Assembly: GCA_043812975.1 (NCBI GenBank)
Contig: JBDRLP010000027.1
Location: 64,001-128,000, forward strand
Source: Candidatus Iainarchaeum sp.
GTDB lineage: Archaea > Iainarchaeota > Iainarchaeia > Iainarchaeales > Iainarchaeaceae
Reading direction: 5' to 3'
Length of the DNA stretch: 64,000 nt
This document shows positions 27,501-36,400 of the stretch, one piece after another (position 1 is the stretch's first letter; every line of letters starts with the position of its first letter). Under the pieces are notes generated by a model, which saw only the letters and a program-made list of their open reading frames with translations, searched no databases and was not told the DNA's origin. The translations under genes and the position numbers were made by a program.

Positions 27501-27969
27501 AAAAAGAATTGCTCCTTTTTCTCTTGTTTTGGAAGAAGCACATCAGTATTGCCCTGAAGGCACTTCAAAAGAAGGGGCTATTTCCAGAGGTATTATTGAA
27601 ACAATTGCAAGGGAAGGAAGAAAGTTCGGTGCTTCAATTTGTTTAATTTCTCAGAGGCCGATTAATCTTTCAACAACTGCATTAAGTCAATGCGGCACTC
27701 ATATAATTCTCAGAGTAACAAATCCTTATGATCTTGATCACATTGGTAAAAGCAGTGAAGGTCTTGACAGGCGTTCGCTGGACATGATTACTTCTCTAAG
27801 AACGGGAGAAGCTCTTCTTGTTGGTGAAGCCGTAAATTACCCTACTTTTTTCAAGGTTCGAAAAAGGACTTCTCAGGATTCTATTCATGAAAAGTCTCTG
27901 GAGGAGGCTTCTGTTGAGTTTGAGGAAATAAAGGAAGCATCACAGAAGGATATTGAAGATTTGATGTAA
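24589..27969 (+). CDS. herA: HerA helicase containing an intein
   Basis: HAS-barrel N-terminus, AMSGAGK|S Walker A split by the intein, DTHGEY, LEEAH, REGRKFG, SQRP. Confidence 0.93.
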   Translation: MTKNEEIGTVISTPDGPSPSALDFVVYSGTLHRGMFVELDYAEGTLVALVTDVVKTNRYFERVESVKEFESSGTKLFEQFPTHEWEFLLAKTRPLGVYNKGMIKRSSFPPSPGAKVRVASKETLENFLGLDLEKGLMLGEIEHHDVSVKLNMSRLFQKHLAILAMSGAGKCTSFDAEILLENKVQVKIGELVDSILEKNKRVEDGVEFWEGDLDLKTYSFNGEKIVPAEVKGVYRRKSPHELIKVTTRSGRILKVTPEHLIPMFSGSIEWLHAKDLVKKNYLIFPRINWSGSEQVMDFSSVVGEKTIVRGGFAESKKSGKKVRLLQSVDKDFVRLFAYLLAEGHNTCGSQIWFSNEDEFVRKDFSKLVFDKFGSRVSVAKHGGDLIFYNKLLAQALSKKGFTNSSWTKFVPPEILRSRREVLLSFLSVFIDCDGHINKSKSELEITLASKKLIFGIEEILTKLGIVSFRGIKKTDGKVYQRLFVRGAELKKLKDLDLLIGYKKKALEKWIASKNNPNVDVVPNLHSHLFELLSLLRMPQPQAESSGINNYLYRRDNPSRENLSVLISIFERRCVEVEKATEDAYTLYKSIPKVSEEDALVVVQEAYSSGLDFNKISSGSGVSKTTARRVVRGITSPKSSVFSLAKNISQSRYAEFGFVENFDGNSALTSIKEICERLGHETQTFCVSNGVYKNFLYSHSKDRGVADHSIVLKLSESLCEIARKSEKNLGLAKGIIFDLKKAIDLNAFFDEIVKVEKVPSENEFVYDLSVDNSSFVANNLLIHNSYLTSVLFEELLERKKEDGRLALIVMDTHGEYRNFAEPVKDSKSKDFSSKTRFVKASEISIGVPKLSIGMLSIMIPGLSGPQKRDLARVLEKLRREMKDGLGPYDFGAVKSEIFKDEEMKESTKLALTGWIISLEQLKLFGKTDNPSINDLVKPGQLTIVDLSDVIEMKKKQIIVSYFASKLFFERRQKRIAPFSLVLEEAHQYCPEGTSKEGAISRGIIETIAREGRKFGASICLISQRPINLSTTALSQCGTHIILRVTNPYDLDHIGKSSEGLDRRSLDMITSLRTGEALLVGEAVNYPTFFKVRKRTSQDSIHEKSLEEASVEFEEIKEASQKDIEDLM
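25099..26937 (+). mobile_element. Intein (613 aa) with LAGLIDADG endonuclease
   Basis: N-terminal C (CTSFD), block B VTPEH, YLLAEG/FIDCDG, VYDLSV...IHN|S. Confidence 0.93.
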
Positions 27970-28006
27970 AAGCAATTATTATTAACTAATTCTTCGTTTT
28001 TTTTGC

Positions 28007-29146
28007 ATGGCTATTGAGTCTTTAGTTTTATTTGCTGTAGGAACTATTCTGCTGATTAAAGCTGCGGATTTTTTTGTAGATGCTGCTGCTAAAATTGCAA
28101 AACTTTTAGGAGTTAGTGATCTTGTAATAGGATTAACAATTGTTTCTATTGGAACTTCTCTTCCGGAAATTGCTTCGGCTATTTTTGCCGCTTTCTCCGG
28201 AGAACCAAGTCTTGCTATTGGAACGGTTGTCGGAAGTAACATTTCTAACATTGCGCTTATTCTTGGTTTGACTGTTTTTGTTGTAGGTACAATTAAAGTT
28301 GATAAAAAAGCTCTTGAAAAAGATCTTTTCATAATGCTAATGGTTACTGTTTTATTTTTTTACTTTTCAGTAGATGGTTTAATTTCTTTTTTGGAAGGCA
28401 TAGTTTTAGTTGTTATTTTTGTCCTTTACATGTTTTTCCTGTTTGGTTTTATGAAACGTTTTGAGGAAATATTTTCATATGATCTTTTCCTGAAACAGTT
28501 TTTCGGAACTGAAAAGTTTTCTGTTTTTAATGTTAAAACGTATTTCAAAATAATGCAGGCCGGAGTGGATCCTGTTACTTATCACAGGCTTCTTGGTTTT
28601 GATGGGAAGAAGTTCAGAGAAAAAATCGGAACCAGAATTGATAAAGGGGAAGTAACCGAAGCAAAAAAACTTTTCAGCAAAGAATTCTTTTCATCAATTA
28701 TCAACCAGTCAGTTATTTTAGTAATAAGTTCATTGGGTGTTTTGTATGGTGCTAAGATTCTGATTGATGGAGCAATAGGTCTGGCTACCTTTTTTGCAAT
28801 TCCAAGTTCAATAGTAGGTTTGTTTTTGGTTGCTATAGGAACTTCGCTCCCTGAATTAGGAGTTTCAATTTCCTCAGCAAGAAAAGGTTACTTTGATATT
28901 TTAATTGGAAACATTATCGGTTCTAATATTGCAAATATACTCTTGGTTATTGGTGCTACTTCTGTTATTTCTGCTTTGAGTTTTTCTTTTGCAGAAATTC
29001 TTGCTCCTATGTTTTTCATGCTTACAATTTCCTTAGTCCTTGGATTTTCAATTCATAGAAATTACGACATCAATAAGGGTGAGGCTCTTTTATTACTGGT
29101 TCTATACGCAGCTTTTGCATATGTAGCTTATATTACCTTGATTTGA
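28007..29146 (+). CDS. Ca2+/Na+ antiporter (YrbG family)
   Basis: Two GTSLPE and GSNI alpha-repeats. Confidence 0.94.
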   Translation: MAIESLVLFAVGTILLIKAADFFVDAAAKIAKLLGVSDLVIGLTIVSIGTSLPEIASAIFAAFSGEPSLAIGTVVGSNISNIALILGLTVFVVGTIKVDKKALEKDLFIMLMVTVLFFYFSVDGLISFLEGIVLVVIFVLYMFFLFGFMKRFEEIFSYDLFLKQFFGTEKFSVFNVKTYFKIMQAGVDPVTYHRLLGFDGKKFREKIGTRIDKGEVTEAKKLFSKEFFSSIINQSVILVISSLGVLYGAKILIDGAIGLATFFAIPSSIVGLFLVAIGTSLPELGVSISSARKGYFDILIGNIIGSNIANILLVIGATSVISALSFSFAEILAPMFFMLTISLVLGFSIHRNYDINKGEALLLLVLYAAFAYVAYITLI

Positions 29147-29149
29147 AAT

Positions 29150-29187
29150 TCCGCACCGGCACGAACTTGGAGTTCGCACCGGCAATG
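29150..29187 (+). promoter_or_regulatory. Tandem TYCGCACCGGCA motifs upstream of the PolB-like gene
   Basis: tccgcaccggcac-gaacttggag-ttcgcaccggcaatg, about 17 nt before ttttaaat. Confidence 0.65.
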
Positions 29188-29231
29188 TACCCCTTAAAAA
29201 CGCTTTTTAAATCAGAATCGAAAGTTGTAGT

Positions 29232-30728
29232 ATGCTCCATAATACGCGATTATTCCTGAGCAAGGTTAACTATAACTCTGAGAAAAGACAGATTACTGTA
29301 GAGTTTTCAAAGAAAAATCAGAAATCTTCAAAGAAGTACTCATTTTTTCCAAAAATGTATCTTTCTCTGAAAAAAATTTCTGAAAAACATTTACTTGATG
29401 CTTTAGCTGATTATGATGTAAGAAAATTAAAAATAGATTTTAAAGAAAATACAGCAACTATTTTTGCAGCAACATTTTCTGATTTGAAGAAAGTAAATAA
29501 TCTTCTGAATAATTTTTTTAATTTACATTCAAATTTAATAGAACCTGAAAGGCAATTTCTGCTGGAAAAGAACTGGAGTTATTTTGATTTTTTTGATTTT
29601 TCTTATTCAGAACCCCAACAAATCCACACAACTGAATTTCCTGATGTTTCAATGGACTTCCTTTCAGATTCTTTCAAAGAAACTATTGCTTCTTTATTGT
29701 TGAACAACAGGTCTCTTGCTAAAGAAACAATTGAAAAAATCGTTTTTTCCAAGCTGTTAAGAATTCCTTTAATAGGCCGAGAAGAAGATAAGTCTCTTGA
29801 GGAAATTTTTATTGAAAATATTTTTTTCCTTAGCGAAAAACCAATTTCTATAGGGGGGTATAGAAACAAATCTTATTTTAGGCAAATCCATAAAAAATCA
29901 GTTATAGATTTTTCAAAAATGGTTTCAGTAATGGCTTCAAAGCCGTTCAATAATCTTGGTTTTGAAACCATTAATTGCAGCTGTTGCAAACCATGGGATA
30001 AAGAAGCAAAAAACATTTTGCCTTCTTCTTTAGTCAAGGTTAATTTTTTGAGGGAAGCTTTTTACTTTGACTCTGTTTCAAGTAACTGGGCTGATGCTTA
30101 TCATTTTTCTAATAAGGAAATGCAACAGCGTGAAAAAAGAAAAAGGGAATATTTTTTGGATTTTTATCCTTCAGGCCCGTTTTCAAGAAACTCGTCTGAA
30201 AATATACTTTTAGCTGATGCATTAAATCTTGAACAAAAAGGATTGGTTAAAATAGTTTCTCATGAAAATCCTTCCTGGTTTTGCCTGAAAAAGGAAAGTG
30301 CTTTTTCTTCAGAAGTCAATCGTTTGTATGAATCTCTCATTACTCTTAATTCAGTTGTTGAGAAGGAAAGTAATTCGGTTGTTGCTTCTGCTGGTTTGTT
30401 TTTCTCTCAGTCCCTTGAATCTAGTCCTGGGCATCATTATAGAAAAATTTTAGATAAAACAACTTCTAGGCTTTTAGCTTCTTTTCCAGGGTTGCTTACA
30501 AATTCTTCCGGAAGGTTTTTTGATAAGAATTTTGCAATTGCTTTGGAAGCTATTAATAGCCTTATTTTGAAGGATTTTGAAGAAATTGCCAAAAACTCCA
30601 AAACAAGGGTTACTTTCAAGGATTCTATTGCTTTGGTTGATTCTTCTTCTTTCATGTCTGCCTCTAAAGAGTTCAGAGACCTCTATAAGGTTGACAAACG
30701 CTTGTTGAGCGTCTCCAAAAGCTTTTGA
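29232..30728 (+). CDS. Highly degenerate family B DNA polymerase-like protein
   Basis: VIDFSKM...NNLGFETINCSCC resembles PolB motif A plus the PolB2-type NisPETxxCxCC; no DTD motif C seen. Confidence 0.55.
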   Translation: MLHNTRLFLSKVNYNSEKRQITVEFSKKNQKSSKKYSFFPKMYLSLKKISEKHLLDALADYDVRKLKIDFKENTATIFAATFSDLKKVNNLLNNFFNLHSNLIEPERQFLLEKNWSYFDFFDFSYSEPQQIHTTEFPDVSMDFLSDSFKETIASLLLNNRSLAKETIEKIVFSKLLRIPLIGREEDKSLEEIFIENIFFLSEKPISIGGYRNKSYFRQIHKKSVIDFSKMVSVMASKPFNNLGFETINCSCCKPWDKEAKNILPSSLVKVNFLREAFYFDSVSSNWADAYHFSNKEMQQREKRKREYFLDFYPSGPFSRNSSENILLADALNLEQKGLVKIVSHENPSWFCLKKESAFSSEVNRLYESLITLNSVVEKESNSVVASAGLFFSQSLESSPGHHYRKILDKTTSRLLASFPGLLTNSSGRFFDKNFAIALEAINSLILKDFEEIAKNSKTRVTFKDSIALVDSSSFMSASKEFRDLYKVDKRLLSVSKSF

Positions 30729-30792
30729 ATCAGGTTTTTAATCATTTGCACGGAGAAAATAGTAATAAATCCTGATTTTTAAGTGATTTTAT

Positions 30793-30999
30793 ATGACTAT
30801 TTTAACAAGATTTGAAATAACTCGTCTTATAAGCGCTAGGGCATTACAGCTTTCGCTTGGCGCTCCAGGAATGATTAAGGCTTCAAAAGAATCTAGCATG
30901 ATTGATATTGCTAGAGAAGAGTTTGATAAGAAAGTTATTCCTATTTCAGTTTTAAGGGAATTTCCTGACGGAAGAATTGAAAAAATTGAGGTGGATTAG
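30793..30999 (+). CDS. rpo6: RNA polymerase subunit K (Rpo6)
   Basis: LTRFEITRLISARALQLSLGAP. Confidence 0.96.
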   Translation: MTILTRFEITRLISARALQLSLGAPGMIKASKESSMIDIAREEFDKKVIPISVLREFPDGRIEKIEVD

Positions 31000-31000
31000 A

Positions 31001-31192
31001 TTGGGTAAAGCAGTCCCTCAGAATATTAAAAGTAAGGCAAATATACTTTTGCAAACTTATCCTAATGATGTGCCAAATGATTTTGATTCTATTAAGAAAT
31101 TTATTGATACTTTTAAAATGCCGATGAGTAAATCACAGAGAAATCTTGTTGCTGGTTTTTTGGCTAGAAAAAAGTCTCAGTTAAAAGCCTAG
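31001..31192 (+). CDS. rps17e: 30S ribosomal protein S17e
   Basis: TTG start MGKAVP..IK, NDFD..KK, SK..RN.VAGF. Confidence 0.85.
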   Translation: MGKAVPQNIKSKANILLQTYPNDVPNDFDSIKKFIDTFKMPMSKSQRNLVAGFLARKKSQLKA

Positions 31193-33199
31193 TACTTTTG
31201 TAGGTGCATCTTTTTCTTTTTCTCTTTCTAATGAATATAATTTTCCTGATGCTGCATTTTCCATTTCTTTATCGTGGGTGATAATAAAAATTTGTTCAAT
31301 CAATTCAGGTAAATGATTTCTCATTGTTTCGCTTAATTCCTTAACCGCGTTCACGTCTAAATTGTGGGTTGGTTCATCCAGAATAATCCAGCCTAAGTTT
31401 TGGGTTAATACGAGGGAGATTGCAATTCTCAGGGTTATTGCTGCTGCACTTCTTTCTCCGCCTGAAAGTATTCCTTCTACTCTTGCCCATTGTTCGTTTC
31501 TTTGTTTAACCATTACTTCGTAGCTTCCTTCTTCCACGATTATTTTTACACTCAAAAAATCTTTGTAAGGGTAAATCCTTGGCCAGATTTCTCCCATTGC
31601 CTGATTAACTGTTTCCACCATCATGTTTCTTAGTTCTCCTTGCGTGGATTTTAATGCCGAAGTAAAGATTGCTAGTTTTTCTGTTGTTTTTTCGTTTTCC
31701 TTAACTTGGGTTTCAAGTTCTTTAATCTGATGTTCTATTTCTTTTATTCTTTTTACACTTTCATTGAGTTCTTTTAATAGTTCTTTTCCGCTTGAAATTT
31801 CAGTTCTGAGTTCAGCACTCTTTTCTTTTAAACCTAAAAACTCTTTTTCGTGCTTTTCGTGTTCTTTTTCATCAAACCCTGTTTTTTTCATCATTTCTCT
31901 TACTTTTTCTATTTCTTTCTCAAGGTCATTTTTTTGTTTTTCTTTTTCACTTAATTCTGCAGCAATTTCCTTCAGTCTTTTAAGTTCGTTAAGTTGCTTT
32001 TCAATAGTTTCGCCTTTCTTTTCAATTTTTCCCAGTTCTTCTTTCTTTTCCTTCAATTCTTTGATTTCCTTTTCCAAGTCTGAATTAAGTTCTTTTGTTT
32101 TTTTCAGTATTTTTTCTTCTTCATCTTTAAGCTCCTGCTCAAGCTTTTCTTTATCGTGCTCATTTAATGGTCTTTTACATATCGGGCAGTCTGATTCCAG
32201 TTTTTGTGCATTAGAAACGTTTTTTGAATTAGAATTAAGCAGATTGTTCTGTACAGCTATTTCTTCTTTAATTTTAGAAACCTTTCTCTCAAGTTTTTCA
32301 TTTTCTTTTTCAAGTTTTTCATTTTCCTTTATTTTTCCTTCAATTTTTTCGTGTTTTGTGTCTTTTAGTTTTTCCCTGCCTGTTTTCAGTTGTTCTGTTA
32401 GGGATTCTATTTTTGCTTTGCTTTGAATTTCAAGTTCTTTAAGGAATTTATTTTCTTTTTCTTTTTCTTCAAGCTGTTTTAGTGTTTTTTCCTTTTCTTT
32501 TATTTGTTTTTCCAGTTCAGAATTTTCTTTTTCCTTATCATTCAATTCTTTTTCCTTTTTTGAGATCTTTTTTTCATATTCTTCAAGTTCTTTAGGATTG
32601 TTTTTCCTTTTTTGTTCCTGTAAAAACTTTTTCCTGTCCTCAATAATGCGTTTGAGTCTGTTTGCAAGTGTTACAGAATTTGTCCTTACTTTTTCGTATT
32701 TATCCAGTCCTAATAATTCATCAAATTTTTCTTTTCTTTGTGCAGGAGTCAGCTTTAGAAAAAAGTCGATTTGGTTCTGCTCTGAATAAATAGCTCTGCT
32801 GAATAGTTCGTAGGAAACTTCCAGTATTTCCTCAATTTTTTTTGTTGTTTCAGTTGTTTTTGGCCCTGCCAGTATCTTTCCGAATTCCCTTAATGTTCCT
32901 TCATTTATTCCTTTTCTTTTTACAATTCTCTCAACCGAATATTCTTTTCCATTATAATCAAATTCAAGTGTTATTTTTGCGGTTTCCTGTTTGCTTGGTT
33001 TTGCCATTATGGTTTCTTCAAGAGTAACTTTTCTTGCTGCAAGTGTCGGGAATGTTCCGTATAATGCAAAAGAAATTGCATCCATTATGCTCGACTTCCC
33101 ACTTCCCATTTTTCCTACTATTACATTGGTTCCTTTGGAAAAATCAAGTTCTGTATTATAATGGGTTTTCCAGTTCTCGAGTTTAATGGTTTTTATCAT
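31181..33199 (-). CDS. rad50: Rad50 ATPase
   Basis: GKMGSGKSS, Q-loop, CPIC zinc hook in the coiled coil, LSGGE, LDEPT. Confidence 0.88.
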   Translation of the reverse strand: MIKTIKLENWKTHYNTELDFSKGTNVIVGKMGSGKSSIMDAISFALYGTFPTLAARKVTLEETIMAKPSKQETAKITLEFDYNGKEYSVERIVKRKGINEGTLREFGKILAGPKTTETTKKIEEILEVSYELFSRAIYSEQNQIDFFLKLTPAQRKEKFDELLGLDKYEKVRTNSVTLANRLKRIIEDRKKFLQEQKRKNNPKELEEYEKKISKKEKELNDKEKENSELEKQIKEKEKTLKQLEEKEKENKFLKELEIQSKAKIESLTEQLKTGREKLKDTKHEKIEGKIKENEKLEKENEKLERKVSKIKEEIAVQNNLLNSNSKNVSNAQKLESDCPICKRPLNEHDKEKLEQELKDEEEKILKKTKELNSDLEKEIKELKEKKEELGKIEKKGETIEKQLNELKRLKEIAAELSEKEKQKNDLEKEIEKVREMMKKTGFDEKEHEKHEKEFLGLKEKSAELRTEISSGKELLKELNESVKRIKEIEHQIKELETQVKENEKTTEKLAIFTSALKSTQGELRNMMVETVNQAMGEIWPRIYPYKDFLSVKIIVEEGSYEVMVKQRNEQWARVEGILSGGERSAAAITLRIAISLVLTQNLGWIILDEPTHNLDVNAVKELSETMRNHLPELIEQIFIITHDKEMENAASGKLYSLEREKEKDAPTKVLGF

Positions 33200-33235
33200 T
33201 AGAATAATTAGAGGCTGAAAACCGTTTTAAGCCTA

Positions 33236-33499
33236 TTATAGAAGAGTCATACTTTCTTGTTCTACTTCTTCAATTGTAGCCATTTCTGAGAGTTCTTTTG
33301 TGGCTTTTTCCATTTGCCCCTCTTCTTTTTCGTTTACAAGAACACCTACTTTAAGAATAACAATTCCAAACCCTATCGGATCATCTTTAATGTCTTTGAC
33401 TTCTCCTGCTTTAAGAGTCTGGATTTCTTTTTTAGTTTCTTCTAGTTTTTCCATGTCCTTAGGAGTAACCTTGTATATGATGAATGATTTATCGGGCAT
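33236..33499 (-). CDS. ef1b: Translation elongation factor 1-beta
   Basis: YKVTP, DPIGFGI motif; preceded by the usual zinc-finger gene. Confidence 0.85.
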   Translation of the reverse strand: MPDKSFIIYKVTPKDMEKLEETKKEIQTLKAGEVKDIKDDPIGFGIVILKVGVLVNEKEEGQMEKATKELSEMATIEEVEQESMTLL

Positions 33500-33509
33500 C
33501 AGTATCACT

Positions 33510-33662
33510 TTATGGTCCTGTGAATTCGCATCCAGGACATTTGTAATCAAGGCTTCTTGCACGGGCTTCCATGCTTCTGATTATTCTTTCTCCGCATTTT
33601 GGGCACTTAAATTCTACAAAATCGTCAGTAACGAGCTTGTTTGTTGTTACGCATGTTTTCAT
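33510..33662 (-). CDS. DUF1610-type zinc-finger protein
   Basis: Manual ORF MKTCVTTNKLVTDDFVEFKCPKCGERIIRSMEARARSLDYKCPGCEFTGP. Confidence 0.88.
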   Translation of the reverse strand: MKTCVTTNKLVTDDFVEFKCPKCGERIIRSMEARARSLDYKCPGCEFTGP

Positions 33663-33702
33663 CTATGATTCATTCCCCAGTTAGCTTTAAAAAGGTTGAT
33701 TT

Positions 33703-33756
33703 CCCCGCCTGCTTGCGGGGGTAAAGCGTTCTATCTTCGTTTGGACTCGATAGAAC
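33703..33756. repeat. GC-rich pseudoknot-hairpin element, copy D
   Basis: ccccgc-ctgctt-gcgggg-gta-aagc-gttctatc-ttc...tc-gatagaac. Confidence 0.75.
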
Positions 33757-33759
33757 TTG

Positions 33760-33774
33760 TTCGCACTGGCAATG
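33760..33774 (+). promoter_or_regulatory. TTCGCACTGGCAATG motif upstream of the DUF5678 operon
   Basis: One mismatch to the motif at 29173; about 13 nt before tatttaaa. Confidence 0.55.
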
Positions 33775-33834
33775 AGGTCTCGAAACTATTTAAAGCAAAT
33801 ATATTTATACATTCATAGAGGTATAATTGTGAGT

Positions 33835-34044
33835 ATGGTTGCTAGTGATTCTTTTAAGACTTATGAATTCTATGCAAATGCTGATTTATCTAAGTATGCC
33901 GGTCAGTGGGTTGCAATAGTTAATAATAAAGTTATAGCCCATGGCAAAGATGTAAAGAAATTATTGAAAGAAGCAGAAAAAGAAGCTCCAAAAATCACTC
34001 CGTTTATAGCAAAAGTGCCTCTTAGAGATATTCTTCTCTGGTAA
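33835..34044 (+). CDS. DUF5678-like small protein
   Basis: KYAGQWVAIVNNKVIAHGKD motif. Confidence 0.82.
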   Translation: MVASDSFKTYEFYANADLSKYAGQWVAIVNNKVIAHGKDVKKLLKEAEKEAPKITPFIAKVPLRDILLW

Positions 34045-34050
34045 TTGCAC

Positions 34051-34461
34051 ATGTCTTTCACTTTTAAATACAGAAAAGAGAAAATCGAAGGAAAAATTAG
34101 ATATTTCCCAAAAGTTGTTATCAGTCTTTACAATAAAGGTATCAAATTTGATTATCCTGCATTAATTGATTCCGGAGCAACTGATATTTTTGTCCCAAAA
34201 CAGATTGCTGAAGCACTCGAGCTTGATTTTAAAGAAGAAGATATTGCCAGCAGTTGGAATGGTGATTTTAAGGTTTGGGGTTCTAATATAGGAGTTATTT
34301 TGGGCAAAGGAAGCCAGACCTTCAGAAGAGTTTTGCCATGCCTTATTCCTGATAGTGAAAATCCCAATCAAGAAGTAATTTTAGGCAGAGTATTATTCAA
34401 GTTCTTTGAGGTTACATTTAACGAACAAAAAAGAATTACAAAACTCAAAAAAATACAATAA
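34051..34461 (+). CDS. Retropepsin-like aspartyl protease
   Basis: ALIDSGAT and ILGR motifs; usual partner of DUF5678. Confidence 0.85.
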   Translation: MSFTFKYRKEKIEGKIRYFPKVVISLYNKGIKFDYPALIDSGATDIFVPKQIAEALELDFKEEDIASSWNGDFKVWGSNIGVILGKGSQTFRRVLPCLIPDSENPNQEVILGRVLFKFFEVTFNEQKRITKLKKIQ

Positions 34462-34545
34462 TCAGATTTTTTCCTTAACTAATTTTATTTTTGAGCAGAA
34501 ACAAATATTAAATAACGAACTAGACCCCAATATATTCTATTCAAT

Positions 34546-34620
34546 GGGCCTGTAGCTTAGCCTGGATTGAGCGTTCGCCTTCGGAGCGAAAGATCGGGGG
34601 TTCGAATCCCTCCAGGCCCT
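34546..34620 (+). tRNA. tRNA-Arg(TCG)
   Basis: gggcctg/caggccc, ttcgc-cttcgga-gcgaa, GGTTCGAATCC. Confidence 0.95.
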
Positions 34621-34624
34621 TAAC

Positions 34625-34678
34625 CTTTTTCTTTCTCTTGAGAAGAGAAACAAAAAGCTTAACCAAAAAGAAAGAGAA
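34625..34678. repeat. Triplex-geometry element T2
   Basis: ctttttctttctctt-gag-aagagaaacaaaaag-cttaacc-aaaaagaaagagaa. Confidence 0.75.
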
Positions 34679-34704
34679 CCTAATACTCTTCAAATTTACG
34701 TGGT

Positions 34705-34890
34705 TTAACCTTTCTTTAGTTTTCTTTTTTCCCTTTCTATATCTTTCCAAGTATAATGGCCTTCATGATATTTTGCACCATGTTCTTTCACGGGTTCTTC
34801 TATTAATAATTTAATTCCATGGGAAGTTTTACCAAGAACTTTGTCGCCTGTTTTTGTTCTTGTTCCATCTAATCTTCTAACATCAATCAT
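34705..34890 (-). CDS. Small basic hypothetical protein
   Basis: ORF fills the gap downstream of cca. Confidence 0.45.
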   Translation of the reverse strand: MIDVRRLDGTRTKTGDKVLGKTSHGIKLLIEEPVKEHGAKYHEGHYTWKDIEREKRKLKKG

Positions 34891-34963
34891 TTCTCTAATT
34901 TTGCCTATTTTTTCCTGATTCCAAATCCGTGTTCAAGAAATTTCATTCTTGGTGGTTTCATTT

Positions 34964-36358
34964 TTAGTACTCCTCAAATTCTTCTATTCCTTTCAAATAA
35001 GTTGAGAACCATGCTTTGAATTCTTTATTTTTCCTGTATTTTTCAAGCACTTCCTTATCACTCAAAACTTTTGCTTTTTTGTTTAATGCTTTTCTGATTC
35101 CTGATTTTTCAGTTTTCTTCAGTTTTTTAAGGAGCTCTTTGAGATACTCCGTTGCTCGATCGTGTTCTCTTTCAATTTCAACAACCCATCTTCCTTTTTC
35201 AATCCGCGGACCGCTAAGTGCTTTCTTATGTGCTTTCAAAAACTGTTCAGAATGTTCTTCATTAGTAACATGAGGTCCTATTCTTTTCTGGGCTTTTTCC
35301 AATCTATTAGCTTCCAAATCAAAAACCAGGATAATTTCTTTTTCCTCATCACTCCAAGAAGCATTTCTTAAAATCCTGAAATCCTTTTGTTCTAATGCAG
35401 AAATAATTTTCTTTCCTAATCTCCGTATCTGCCCCCACAAAATATCTGGAAGTTCCTTTGCAGGATAACCAATCTGAATAATAATGAGCCCTTCTTTTTC
35501 AACTAGTTTTTTTGCTTTTCCTGAATCAAGAGTTTTTGTTTTTGCTCCGAAGAAAAATTTAAGAGAAGGTTTTTTCAGAAAAGCTCTTGAGGCAGCAACG
35601 ATTCGAGCATATTGATTTACACTCAATGCAGCTGCAACATTCCTGTTTGAATCAACTGGATCAATTATAATAAGCGAAGAATCAAATTTCTTCAAAGCTT
35701 CTTTTTTACTCAGTTGTTTTTCAATATCTAGTATTTCATGTTCCTGCCACTTTGCCATTGCAGATATTGTTTTCTTAAAAGAACCATAATTCACAATTAA
35801 TAATTCTGTCACATATCCCGGAACCGAACTAACTTTCAGATCAGCACCATAAGCTTTAATCCCTTTCAAAAATTGTTTCAGTAATCTTACTTCATTACAC
35901 AATTTTGGAGTTAATTTTTTTTGTAAGTATTTGTTGTGAAAACTTGTTCTGTCAACAGCACTTCTTAATTTTTGGGTATCATTTATTGAATAAGCAGGAA
36001 CTATTTCCACATCAAAACCTTTAATGACTCCGCGAATGTAAGGGTGTTCGGAATAAGCTTTTTCCCATTTGTGGCCGCGGAAAACGTTTTTTCCGATTCT
36101 CAGGCCTTCTTTTTCAAACTCTTCGCGTGAAATTTTTTCAGGAAAAAACACAAAAATATCAAGGTCATTATCACCGCGTAAATGCGTATTTCTTGCATTA
36201 CTCCCTACTAATTCTACTCCAAGGTGGTTTCCTTTGATTTTTGTTATTTTTGTTATTATTTCGGTTGCTAATGCTTCCTGTTTAATTCTTTCGGGTTTTG
36301 AAGGGGTTATTTTTTTGGTTACTTTGTTTAATATATTGTTCATCTTAACCACGGTCAC
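34964..36358 (-). CDS. cca: Archaeal CCA-adding enzyme
   Basis: VGSNARNTHL..DLDIF, YSEHPY, AVDRT.FH, DPVD..RNVAAA. Confidence 0.96.
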   Translation of the reverse strand: MTVVKMNNILNKVTKKITPSKPERIKQEALATEIITKITKIKGNHLGVELVGSNARNTHLRGDNDLDIFVFFPEKISREEFEKEGLRIGKNVFRGHKWEKAYSEHPYIRGVIKGFDVEIVPAYSINDTQKLRSAVDRTSFHNKYLQKKLTPKLCNEVRLLKQFLKGIKAYGADLKVSSVPGYVTELLIVNYGSFKKTISAMAKWQEHEILDIEKQLSKKEALKKFDSSLIIIDPVDSNRNVAAALSVNQYARIVAASRAFLKKPSLKFFFGAKTKTLDSGKAKKLVEKEGLIIIQIGYPAKELPDILWGQIRRLGKKIISALEQKDFRILRNASWSDEEKEIILVFDLEANRLEKAQKRIGPHVTNEEHSEQFLKAHKKALSGPRIEKGRWVVEIEREHDRATEYLKELLKKLKKTEKSGIRKALNKKAKVLSDKEVLEKYRKNKEFKAWFSTYLKGIEEFEEY

Positions 36359-36400
36359 GTTTTATATAGTATAAATCTGTACTATAAATAGCTATTCTAA

